Position numbers and translations under genes: made by a program. The notes below the pieces were generated by a model. That model saw nothing but the letters and a program-made list of their open reading frames with translations, made no database searches and was not told the origin of the DNA. From an uncultured Clostridia bacterium (lineage in GTDB: Bacteria; Bacillota; Clostridia; UBA1381): a stretch of 64,000 bases of DNA. Every line of letters starts with the position of its first letter. Position 1 is the first letter of the stretch. The DNA is taken from positions 29,116-93,115 of the forward strand of contig CAKSRS010000002.1 in NCBI GenBank assembly GCA_934487205.1, read 5' to 3'. This document shows positions 8,420-15,413 of the stretch, piece after piece.

Positions 8420-8977
8420 TTACATCATTTCCATTACAGACGCTATGTTATCGACCAAGAACTGCTGAGCGTCGCGGTCATACACAATAACCGAATATTC
8501 ACGGTCATCTCTTCTGCTGCGCCTTAACTCTGTTGTAATACCGATTTCATTGCCCATTTTGGTAGGTTTTTTTGTTATTTTTCCGTCGGGCATAGTTCCC
8601 ACACACAGCATTTTAACACTGATTAACCAATCTGTGAGATGTTTGTATGAAATCTTTTTCATATTCTTTTCCGCGTTGATTTCATTGATTCTCCGCGCAA
8701 TTTCGCTCATCGTTATAGACGTATCGCAAAAGCGAAACTTTTGAATTTCCTCAAAAGAAATATAAAAATTTTCCTTTGCCGTTTTCTTTTTATTAACCGT
8801 TCCGCCGTTTTCCGCCACCTGTCTTAAAACATCAGATATATAAAATAAACATCTTGAAATTTTAACATTGTTTATAATATCATTTTCCGGGATAATGGTA
8901 TTATCAAGCGGATTAATGCCGTTTGCCAGCTTATCTGTATATATTTTTGCTCTTTGTATCATCTCTAAATCCGTCAT
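8420..8977 (-). CDS. Hypothetical protein (185 aa)
   Basis: GAGGTG RBS and a clean ORF. No family was recognised. It is transcribed from the R1 outward promoter through a dinD fragment. Confidence 0.55.
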   Translation of the reverse strand: MTDLEMIQRAKIYTDKLANGINPLDNTIIPENDIINNVKISRCLFYISDVLRQVAENGGTVNKKKTAKENFYISFEEIQKFRFCDTSITMSEIARRINEINAEKNMKKISYKHLTDWLISVKMLCVGTMPDGKITKKPTKMGNEIGITTELRRSRRDDREYSVIVYDRDAQQFLVDNIASVMEMM

Positions 8978-9029
8978 TTGTACACCTCATCTTGTTTTCG
9001 TAAGTCAATCATTCCGGCACCGATTGCTA

Positions 9030-9137
9030 ATATTATCGCGCAAGGTTTCTTTCGTCAACCCTTTTAACGCTTTATACTTGCGTGTTGTCAATTCCCGACC
9101 GTGCTTTTGTACCTTCATCGGTCAGGATAGCATAATT
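9030..9137 (-). pseudogene. DinD-like C-terminal fragment (frameshifted)
   Basis: The reverse strand reads NYAILTDEGTKARSG, then in a shifted frame ELTTRKYKALKGLTKETLRDNISN. This is homologous to YAILTDEITKAWSGMT of 7634..8209 and continues past where that gene breaks off. Confidence 0.5.
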
Positions 9138-9163
9138 TTACCATGCATTTTTGTATATGTCAA
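9135..9163 (-). promoter_or_regulatory. Outward-facing promoter at the R1 end (copy B)
   Basis: Minus strand TTGACA (9163-9158), 17-nt spacer ending in TGG, TAAAAT (9140-9135). It reads into the dinD fragment and the 185-aa gene. Confidence 0.5.
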
Positions 9164-9408
9164 TAAAATAAATGATTTTCGCCATAGGCGTCTATAATAC
9201 CTTGCAACAATTTAAAATGTTTCATCTTCTATAATATGCCGCAAGCTTAAAAAATCAATTTATGATTTTACACCTTTGTCACCCGTAAGGAAACGGTAGG
9301 TAGGACACAATTTTCTTATACAAACCAAACAAGCTGCCCGAATACGAGCAGCCTGTTTAGTCCACAAAAATTCCCATAGGTCTTTTTGAGATAATCAACA
9401 ACATTTTT

Positions 9409-9437
9409 ATTATACTACTATATGTTGTATTTGTCAA
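9409..9437 (-). promoter_or_regulatory. P1 (copy B)
   Basis: TTGACA (9437-9432), 17 nt, TATAAT (9414-9409) on the minus strand. Confidence 0.6.
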
Positions 9438-9544
9438 TGGTTTTTTACAAATATATTTCATTATTTTCATTTTTGTTGCAACGCGATTACTGCATGTTTG
9501 CATATGAGCGATTTGTGGCTTTTGTCCTTTTTCGCAAAAAGGCA

Positions 9545-9573
9545 TTGACAAAACTATGAAACGGGCGTATAAT
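9545..9573 (+). promoter_or_regulatory. P2 (copy B)
   Basis: TTGACA (9545-9550), 17 nt, TATAAT (9568-9573). Confidence 0.6.
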
Positions 9574-9579
9574 TATAAT

Positions 9580-9724
9580 AGAAAAGGGCAAGACCTCAAA
9601 CGGTTATGCCACAACGCAAACTATATTAACAATAGCTGCCTGTGCCAGAGGCGGCTATTGTGCGTTTATGGGAAATATTATCATTAAGATAATAAATACA
9701 AAAAGCGCTATGAGCAGCTTTTTC
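9580..9724 (+). ncRNA. Candidate P2 RNA (copy B), with a different 18-nt variable segment
   Basis: HP1 is 9587-9610, the variable segment is 9612-9629 (CAACGCAAACTATATTAA versus AGAAATCAGTTATTTATG in copy A), and HP2 is 9630-9660. The remainder is identical to copy A. Confidence 0.45.
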
Positions 9725-9868
9725 GCCATAAGTACAATGCTTACTTTTCATAAGCATACCCCCTTTCATAGACTCGGCATTTCTGCCTGTGAATATAAAA
9801 GTGTGGGCATAACCGCCGGTGTGAACACCGTTAAGAAATCTCGCCTTTAACATCGGATTGCTCCGACA
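9698..9868 (-). ncRNA. Candidate P3 RNA (copy B)
   Basis: Same structure as copy A. The first tetraloop is GCAA instead of GUAA, so both are GNRA. Confidence 0.4.
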
Positions 9869-9874
9869 AATCCT

Positions 9875-9903
9875 ATTATACACCATTATACAATGTTTTT
9901 CAA
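9875..9903 (-). promoter_or_regulatory. P3 (copy B)
   Basis: TTGAAA (9903-9898), 17 nt, TATAAT (9880-9875) on the minus strand. Confidence 0.55.
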
Positions 9904-9992
9904 GAGATTTTGCAGCGATCAATCAAATTTGTCGATAATGACTTATGCCCGCGGCGGACATTTTGACAGGATAGCATAATTGCACCCGTTTT

Positions 9993-10304
9993 TTATAATA
10001 GCCATTTATAGTCTTGTCTGCAATCCACAACATAATCGACATAAACTGTGTTATCTTTAATTTGATAAATTAACAAATACCTTTTTGCCGCAAGTTTTTT
10101 TCTATATTTATTTGCAGGAATCTCATCACAGTTAAGCCACGGATAACTTTCAGGCATAAACTCCAAAGCTCTTATTTCGGTAATAATATCCTTATGCAGC
10201 TTTTTAGCAGTTTCAGGTGAAACATTCGCCAAAAATCTGACATGATTTACAAGCATTGATACAGCCTTGTCAGAAACTATAACATTATACTTCTTATCCG
10301 ACAT
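9993..10304 (-). CDS. Type II toxin, RelE/ParE superfamily
   Basis: 103 aa. It overlaps the upstream antitoxin by 11 nt. KYRKKLAAKRYLLIYQIKDNTVYVDYVVDCRQDY is typical of the ParE/RelE fold. Confidence 0.8.
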   Translation of the reverse strand: MSDKKYNVIVSDKAVSMLVNHVRFLANVSPETAKKLHKDIITEIRALEFMPESYPWLNCDEIPANKYRKKLAAKRYLLIYQIKDNTVYVDYVVDCRQDYKWLL

Positions 10305-10572
10305 GACTCACCCCGGACGCTGCATCGCCAAGCATTTTGTCAAGTTCATCAACCGAATACCCTTTTTTGCCCATGAACCTTTCTTCCTCTGCGGCAATAA
10401 GTTCTTCTCTTAATTTAAGCATCTTTTCCCGTCTTGAAAAGCTTTCAATATCCATAACTACCAAATCGCCCTCGCCGTTTTTCGTAAGATACACGGGTTC
10501 CCCTGTTTCTTTGCAGTAGTTGGAAATGTCATTATAATTGTTTCTGATTGCTGCCGACGGTCTGATATTCAT
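10294..10572 (-). CDS. Type II antitoxin, Phd/YefM family
   Basis: The start is taken at ATG 10572 (GAGGAG RBS). MNIRPSAAIRNNYNDISNYCKETGEPVYLTKNGEGDLVVMDIESF is the Phd/YefM N-domain. Confidence 0.8.
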   Translation of the reverse strand: MNIRPSAAIRNNYNDISNYCKETGEPVYLTKNGEGDLVVMDIESFSRREKMLKLREELIAAEEERFMGKKGYSVDELDKMLGDAASGVSHVG

Positions 10573-10627
10573 AAAATCAACTCCTCGCATAAATATTATA
10601 TATTTATTATACATTTTTGTTACTATA

Positions 10628-10656
10628 ATTATACCATTCATATCCGTATATGTCAA
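10628..10656 (-). promoter_or_regulatory. Outward-facing R1 promoter driving phd-relE (copy C)
   Basis: Minus strand TTGACA (10656-10651), 17-nt spacer ending in TGG, TATAAT (10633-10628). Confidence 0.55.
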
Positions 10657-10902
10657 TAATATAGTTGATTTTCGTTACAAGCGTCTATAATACCTTGCGG
10701 CAATTTAAAATGTTTCATCTTCTATAATATGCCGCAAGCTTAAAAAATCAATTTATGATTTTACACCTTTGTCCCCCGTAAGGAAACGGTAGGTAGGGCA
10801 CAATTTTTCTTATACAAACCAAACAGGCTGCCCGAATACGAGCAGCCTGTTTAGTCCACAAAAATTCCCATAGGTCTTTTTGAGATAATCAACAACATTT
10901 TT

Positions 10903-10931
10903 ATTATACTACTATATGTTGTATTTGTCAA
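10903..10931 (-). promoter_or_regulatory. P1 (copy C)
   Basis: TTGACA (10931-10926), 17 nt, TATAAT (10908-10903). The downstream small-RNA sequence and the terminator hairpin at 10821-10852 are intact. Confidence 0.6.
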
Positions 10932-11020
10932 TGGTTTTTTACAAATATATTTCATTATTTTCATTTTTGTTGCAATATAATTACCACGTGTTTGCATTTG
11001 TGCAGTTTGTGGCTTTTGTC

Positions 11021-11181
11021 ATCAGCTCTGGACATCAAGGGGTGCGGACATATTCTTGGACAGTTTATACTGATAATCCAAGACTATGTCTGTACTCAAC
11101 CGGACTCATATATCCGAGGGACTGTTTTATTCGTTCTACATTATACCAATCAATGTATGTATTGATTTCTTTGTGTATTGC
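11021..11181 (-). mobile_element. IS3-family remnant: terminal repeat plus the last about 38 codons of the transposase
   Basis: The reverse strand reads ..AIHKEINTYIDWYNVERIKQSLGYMSPVEYRHSLGLSV*, the conserved IS3 integrase C-terminus. The end sequence is GATGTCCAGAGCTGAT. Confidence 0.65.
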
Positions 11182-11185
11182 TAAC

Positions 11186-11443
11186 CTATTTACCGTCTCT
11201 TTCAAGTCGTACTTCTTTCACCAAAACCACAACATCATCAATGGTATTTAGTCCCAGCCTGTCTGCCTCGCCCGTAAAATCTTTTTGTATTTTTTCAAAA
11301 GCATACACCGCTGCGTTTTCAATACGTACCCGACCGTCCTGCTCAATAAAGCAAATCTTATCCCCTGTTTTTAGATTCAGCCGTTTTCTTATCGCAGTAA
11401 GTATCGTTACTCGTCCGCCCGGCATTACACATACCGTTTCCAT
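11186..11443 (-). CDS. AbrB/MazE/SpoVT-family DNA-binding protein (antitoxin-like)
   Basis: 85 aa. GGRVTILTAIRKRLNLKTGDKICFIEQDGRVRIE is a swapped-hairpin (looped-hinge helix) motif. Confidence 0.7.
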   Translation of the reverse strand: METVCVMPGGRVTILTAIRKRLNLKTGDKICFIEQDGRVRIENAAVYAFEKIQKDFTGEADRLGLNTIDDVVVLVKEVRLERDGK

Positions 11444-11512
11444 AATTGAACCACCTCACGCAAATTTTTTGGTAAAATATATTTCCACCGGGTGGAACTA
11501 CCACAAATATAT

Positions 11513-12916
11513 TTACTGCATAACCTGCCAATAGCCCTTCTTATCCGAGCCTATACGGCAGATAATATTCTTCCTTTTGAGAGATTTTATCAATTCACCG
11601 ACGGTTTTTCGGCTTACATCTAATTTTCCGGATAAATCATCATATGTGTAAGCCGGATCTTCCAATAAGAGTGCAATGAGCCGATTTTCAGTTTCAGTCA
11701 CCTTTTCAGTCACCCTACCAGTCACCTTTTCAGTCACCCTACCAGTCACCTTTTCAGTCACCCTACCAGTCACCTTTTCAGTCACCCTATCGGCTGATGT
11801 ACGCACAATTCTATCCTCGGGTGCCGAAAACTTTATCATTATATCCTGCGGGTGAACCGTAAATTCCGGTTGAAAAACGCCATCATTTTTGCATACAGTA
11901 CAGATTTTTTCTATTCCGCGTCCCCAGCTTTCAATAAAGCCAGCAAGATAAAATACGTAAGCTATGTTGGGGTTGAACGGCTGTGATGCATGTTTCTCAA
12001 AAAGATTTTCAACTGTCCAGTTTTCCGGCAAATGACCACAATTTGCAATATACAGTTTATCATTGTAAACGCTTATTTGAATTGGAATCCCCCTTGAATA
12101 ATCCTTATGACAAAGAGCATTCAAAAGTGCTTCACGCAAAGCTTCTTCCGGAACAAAATACCGTTCAATGCGTTGCATACCGACATAGTATATCTTCGCT
12201 TTCATATATTTTAAATAAATAAGCTCAACTATTTTATCAATTTGATCCAATATAGAGCCGTGAATTTCATCTTGATATACAAGGTCTGCATCGGTTTCAA
12301 AAAAACCTATTTTTACATAAGCGCCCAACTGCCATTTTTCCGGATCATTACTGAAAAGCAGCATAGCCGCATTTGTTAAATACCCGTCCTTTACCAAGTG
12401 AAGTTTCTCAAGCATAACAAATTTATCTTCCGATAAAACCGATTTGTTTATTCGTCCTTTGTTAACTGCCCATTGCTTAAATCGCTTAACGACCCCATCG
12501 TCGACATCGTCTGCTGTAAACGTAGGCAATGGCATACTGTCCCAGGTGACTCCCCGCCGTCTCATAATAAAGGTTTCCAGTTCAGGACCGGATAGCTTTT
12601 GATTTGTGCTACCGCTTCTGTAATAGTATGAGCCTTTGCAGGAGATAGCAATAGGGTAAGGTGGCACGTCTATTTCAACGTACTCACAATTGCCGTCGGT
12701 AAGAGAATTTATGTTAACAATAATCCCCATTGCATCACGAATTTTGTTCGGAAGATCTTCAAGCAGTTTTTTCGCATTTTTCACCCCTACAACTTCGCCG
12801 GAATCATTCATACCAATATACAGTTTTCCCCCCTGTGCATTTGCAAATCCACATATCCATGCAAGATAATCGTCTTTCCAGACTTCTTTCCACTCAACAT
12901 TTTGTTTTTCACGCAT
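11513..12916 (-). CDS. AlbA_2 (Schlafen-like divergent AAA) plus HATPase_c_4-type putative transcriptional regulator with a C-terminal wHTH
   Basis: 467 aa. NVEWKEVWKDDYLAWICGFANAQGGKLYIG is an AlbA_2 N-domain. ALREALLNALCHKDYS is the ATPase-like domain. It contains the in-frame repeat (RVTEKVTG)x4. Confidence 0.7.
   Translation of the reverse strand: MREKQNVEWKEVWKDDYLAWICGFANAQGGKLYIGMNDSGEVVGVKNAKKLLEDLPNKIRDAMGIIVNINSLTDGNCEYVEIDVPPYPIAISCKGSYYYRSGSTNQKLSGPELETFIMRRRGVTWDSMPLPTFTADDVDDGVVKRFKQWAVNKGRINKSVLSEDKFVMLEKLHLVKDGYLTNAAMLLFSNDPEKWQLGAYVKIGFFETDADLVYQDEIHGSILDQIDKIVELIYLKYMKAKIYYVGMQRIERYFVPEEALREALLNALCHKDYSRGIPIQISVYNDKLYIANCGHLPENWTVENLFEKHASQPFNPNIAYVFYLAGFIESWGRGIEKICTVCKNDGVFQPEFTVHPQDIMIKFSAPEDRIVRTSADRVTEKVTGRVTEKVTGRVTEKVTGRVTEKVTETENRLIALLLEDPAYTYDDLSGKLDVSRKTVGELIKSLKRKNIICRIGSDKKGYWQVMQ
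11695..11790. repeat. Perfect 24-bp tandem repeat x4 inside the AlbA_2-type gene
   Basis: CAGTCACCTTTTCAGTCACCCTAC at 11695, 11719, 11743 and 11767 (the last unit ends in T). It encodes RVTEKVTG units. Confidence 0.9.
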
Positions 12917-13318
12917 TTTATCATCTCCGGCTCATTTTTCTATAGTATACCACAAACTGTTAAAAAAATCAATTCGTGATATTTGTATGTTGAATATTTG
13001 ATTTCCCAATCCTGAAGATTCTCATTATGAGTTCCTCGAAATAGGATATCTCAGTTTTGTAATATCTCTTATGCGTGATGCATCTCAAATTTCAAACTGT
13101 CCTCATATTCCTCCAACTCCCCCTATCACAGAACGTCCCCTAACCTTATCTCCTCTTTATCTTGGTTTCCCCCCGTTCCTGCCCGCGGTCCGTGCATGAT
13201 AAGACCGCGGGCGGTTCCTGTGCTTACAAAGTACGGTCAAATTCGGCTTTTGCATTTGCCGTCCCCCGTAAGCACATTAGTGCGACAAATTTGCAAATCG
13301 CCCGATTTTGCAAACCCC

Positions 13319-13345
13319 GCAAGCCGCATTACTGCTTGCTTTTTT
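13319..13345 (+). terminator. Intrinsic terminator-like hairpin in a non-coding tract
   Basis: GCAAGC-cgcattact-GCTTGC followed by TTTTTT. Confidence 0.45.
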
Positions 13346-13349
13346 GGGT

Positions 13350-13430
13350 GTTCCTTACGGGGGAAAGTGCGTGAATTTTTCACCCCTGTAGCCAACATTC
13401 ATTTTACACCTTTGTCACCCGTAAGGAAAC
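13350..13430. repeat. Imperfect about 80-bp palindrome made from two inverted copies of the R1-end motif
   Basis: GTTCCTTACGGGGGAAAGTGCGTGAA (13350-13375) against the reverse complement of TTTTACACCTTTGTCACCCGTAAGGAAAC (13402-13430). Confidence 0.6.
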
Positions 13431-13452
13431 GGTAGTATGACACAATTTTTTT
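13401..13452. repeat. Fourth, partial copy of the R1/R2 junction sequence
   Basis: ATTTTACACCTTTGTCACCCGTAAGGAAACGGTAG..GACACAATTTTT matches 9265-9315 and 10758-10810, then diverges. Confidence 0.75.
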
Positions 13453-13466
13453 GCGTATTTTTGTCA

Positions 13467-13489
13467 GCTCTGGACATGATGTCCAGAGC
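13467..13489. repeat. Abutted IS3-type terminal repeats (perfect 11-bp palindrome arms)
   Basis: GCTCTGGACAT-G-ATGTCCAGAGC. It is the same end sequence as the IS3 remnant at 11021-11040. Confidence 0.6.
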
Positions 13490-13496
13490 CCGCCAT

Positions 13497-13916
13497 TTAA
13501 GGTTTTAGCCTTTGCCGCATTAACTCAATCGCCATATGGTGATAGCAGTAATAGTTTGCGTAACTTGTAATTTTTACCTTTTCCCTCGTCTTTTCATAAC
13601 GCTCATTTGCCTTGTAAACTTTATCACAAAAATATGTATAATACAGAACCCAATAATATATCTCACCCGCTTCCTCATTTTCGCGTATATCTCGTACCGC
13701 TTTGTTTATCAGCTTTACCACTTTTATCGTGAGCTTACGTTCATTGCCGGTATAATTGATGTCATTGATGCCGGTTTCTTCTGCAAATTCTTCCGGTGAG
13801 CACAATATTTCCGGCTCATATCCAACCTCTTTTTCTACTTTTTGCAATTCTCTTGCAAGCTTCATATCGCGGTAGTTGTTTAGCAACAATACTACCCGTT
13901 TTTGTTCTTCTGTCAA
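13497..13916 (-). CDS. ArpU/sigma-70 region-4-like small transcriptional regulator (paralog 2)
   Basis: The start is taken at TTG 13916 (GGAGGAGG RBS, 7-nt spacing), directly after the upstream stop. The YYWVLYYTYF motif is shared with the neighbouring gene. Confidence 0.55.
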   Translation of the reverse strand: MTEEQKRVVLLLNNYRDMKLARELQKVEKEVGYEPEILCSPEEFAEETGINDINYTGNERKLTIKVVKLINKAVRDIRENEEAGEIYYWVLYYTYFCDKVYKANERYEKTREKVKITSYANYYCYHHMAIELMRQRLKP

Positions 13917-13918
13917 TT

Positions 13919-14449
13919 TTATACCTCCTCCGGCTTTACAAGCGTTTTCGTTATTTCCATACACTCTTTTGAGGTGTATCCCCACAGCATTGTGCTTAAT
14001 AGATTTATTGCCTGTCTGCGGTAGTTAAAGTACGTCTGCCACGATACATAGTACTGTTTTTGCGCAATCTTGTCCACAATCTGGTCGACGCTTTCTAAAG
14101 GCTTTTCGCACAGGTATGTATAATACAAAACCCAGTACATCATCTCGCCTTTTTGATGTTTTCTGCGGATAATTTCGACCGCACGGTCAATAAGCTGCAG
14201 CATCTTACGGTTACGTTCCATTGTTCGAACCTGTTCCTCAATTTTTGTATTCATCAAATCCGCTCCGGCAGCGTATGACATATCCAAAAATTCTGTCATT
14301 TTACAGCCCGTTTCAAATTCAAAATTGACCTCCGCCTGCATCGCCGATACCTCAATGCTCCACACGACATCGCGGTATTTTTTGAGCAGCAGCTCCGTGT
14401 TGTGATACAAAAATTCGTTGTTTTTCTCGATTGTGCTTTTCTTTTCCAT
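13919..14449 (-). CDS. ArpU/sigma-70 region-4-like small transcriptional regulator (paralog 1)
   Basis: 176 aa. It carries the MYWVLYYTYL motif. Its start overlaps the RepA_N stop by 1 nt. Confidence 0.55.
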   Translation of the reverse strand: MEKKSTIEKNNEFLYHNTELLLKKYRDVVWSIEVSAMQAEVNFEFETGCKMTEFLDMSYAAGADLMNTKIEEQVRTMERNRKMLQLIDRAVEIIRRKHQKGEMMYWVLYYTYLCEKPLESVDQIVDKIAQKQYYVSWQTYFNYRRQAINLLSTMLWGYTSKECMEITKTLVKPEEV

Positions 14450-15387
14450 TAGTTATCGTCCTTTCTGAAATAATTCTTGTTAAATTTTGATTGATAATAG
14501 TGATTCATTGTGTCCGGGGCGTTATACAGCATCGTCAAAATATAGCTTTTGTAATTGCGAATTTTTGTGCTGTTCTCGTCCAGACAGTCGATTACATACA
14601 CGATGTGCATATAATCGAGTTTTAAGAGCTTTCTTTTTACCACCTCCTTTGGCACTTGCATACTGTTGACATTGATTTTATCGTCAAAGCTGCATATTGC
14701 GTCGACTATGATATTTACAAAGCCGTCGATTTTCTCGGCAGCGTATTGCTGAATTAAGATGTCATACTCGATATTGGTTCTGATTACGTCCCTGTATTCC
14801 TCTCTTTCCCTCTCTAAGGCGGCAAATGAAATGCGTGAGGAAGAAGATATATCAGTTTTATTCAAATCTGTATTATTAATATCAGTATTATTAGAGTCGG
14901 ATATGCCGAAGTCAAGAGTTCGGTTTTTCAGAAGTGCAGACTTCGGTTTTTCAGAAGTCAAGACTTCGGCATTTTCGCCTGACTTCGGTTTTTCAGAAGT
15001 CTGGACTTCGGCTGAGTTATCAACACTTTGGATTGAATTTTGATTGTCCGTAAAATTTAAAACATAAATAATAACCGGCTTACCTAAGCCCTGCTTTTTG
15101 CGTTCTATCAAAATCCCGTCCAATTCTTTTAATAACTTCACACCTTTGTCCTTGCCGATTGATAAATAATCCGTGATTTCCTCAAGTGTGAAATATATGT
15201 AAACTCGGTTATCATCATCGACCCAGTTATTGCGAACCGACAAACTCATTCTGTCGAGCATTAAACCGTACAAAACTTTTGCCTCCACTGAAATTCCGGC
15301 ATACCGGCTGTCGGTAAACAATAATTTCGGTATTCGATAAAATGCGAACTGTTCCGATTCACTTTTGTAAAAAAAATTATTTTTCAT
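14449..15387 (-). CDS. RepA_N-family plasmid replication initiator
   Basis: The start is taken at ATG 15387 (GAGGAGG RBS). FYRIPKLLFTDSRYAGISVEAKVLYGLMLDRMSLS..YIYFTLEEI is the RepA_N N-terminal domain. The central linker is repetitive. Confidence 0.8.
   Translation of the reverse strand: MKNNFFYKSESEQFAFYRIPKLLFTDSRYAGISVEAKVLYGLMLDRMSLSVRNNWVDDDNRVYIYFTLEEITDYLSIGKDKGVKLLKELDGILIERKKQGLGKPVIIYVLNFTDNQNSIQSVDNSAEVQTSEKPKSGENAEVLTSEKPKSALLKNRTLDFGISDSNNTDINNTDLNKTDISSSSRISFAALEREREEYRDVIRTNIEYDILIQQYAAEKIDGFVNIIVDAICSFDDKINVNSMQVPKEVVKRKLLKLDYMHIVYVIDCLDENSTKIRNYKSYILTMLYNAPDTMNHYYQSKFNKNYFRKDDN
14908..15016. repeat. Five about 23-bp direct repeats inside repA (candidate iterons / internal origin)
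   Basis: The (A/T/G)GACTTCGG cores recur at 14916, 14939, 14962, 14981 and 15004, with GTTTTTCAGAAGT following three of them. Confidence 0.6.
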
Positions 15388-15413
15388 TGCCCATTCCTCC
15401 TCATTTTTGCACG

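Larger units (their letters stand above)
9132..9969. repeat. Repeat module copy B (R1 + R2 composite, about 0.84 kb)
   Basis: R1 (9132-9294) aligns with 10625-10788 and R2 (9295-9969) aligns with 6949-7621. The copy is bracketed by the 15-bp direct repeat CAGGATAGCATAATT (9123-9137 and 9967-9981). Confidence 0.9.
10625..11020. repeat. Repeat module copy C (R1 plus the left 232 bp of R2), truncated by an IS3 remnant
   Basis: 10625-10788 aligns with 9132-9294, and 10789-11020 aligns with 6949-7180 and 9295-9527. Homology stops at GGCTTTTGTC / ATCAGCTCTGGACAT. Confidence 0.9.

Noticed and set aside
9186-9251. 21-codon ORF inside R1 on the minus strand (MKHFKLLQGIIDAYGENHLFY in copy B and MKHFKLPQGIIDACNENQLYY in copy C), with the same length in both copies.
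   Set aside because: There is no spacing between the purine-rich stretch and the AUG, so there is no usable SD. The stop is simply the TTGACA -35 box region, and 5 of 21 residues differ. A 9-bp stem (CTTGCGGCA/TGCCGCAAG) with a G.U-compatible variant is the more likely functional feature.
9291-9302. CGGTAGGTAG at the R1/R2 junction resembles part of a published c-di-GMP-II riboswitch sequence. The 7-mer GGTAGGT also occurs at the cotJC attachment core (reverse strand of 15727-15733).
   Set aside because: The other conserved c-di-GMP-II elements (ACGCAC, the pseudoknot partners) are absent. A 7-mer shared between two sites in 64 kb is expected by chance, and the flanking half-site similarity (TAGG..N8-12..AAAATT) is too weak to claim a common recombinase.
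6949-11020. Possibility that the repeats form a CRISPR array, an integron attC array, a retron or a group II intron.
   Set aside because: The repeat units are 0.67-0.84 kb rather than 25-40 bp, and there are no cas genes. attC sites are 60-140-bp palindromes, and no intI is present. No reverse transcriptase or domain V-like motif is present. A GUGCG at 7311-7315 is the only intron-like feature.
13040-13165. Possible relic of the missing cotJC C-terminus on the minus strand (..EEYEDSLKFEMHHA*EILQN.. versus ..DSLRFLREREIVH..AVEILK..).
   Set aside because: The similarity is limited to a few residues. It requires stops and deletions to align and could easily be chance. It is therefore not annotated.
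13162-13435. 70-aa and 79-aa plus-strand ORFs in the tract between the AlbA_2-type gene and the regulator genes.
   Set aside because: They have no RBS and overlap each other in different frames. They are filled with inverted repeats and a terminator hairpin, so the tract was treated as non-coding structured DNA.
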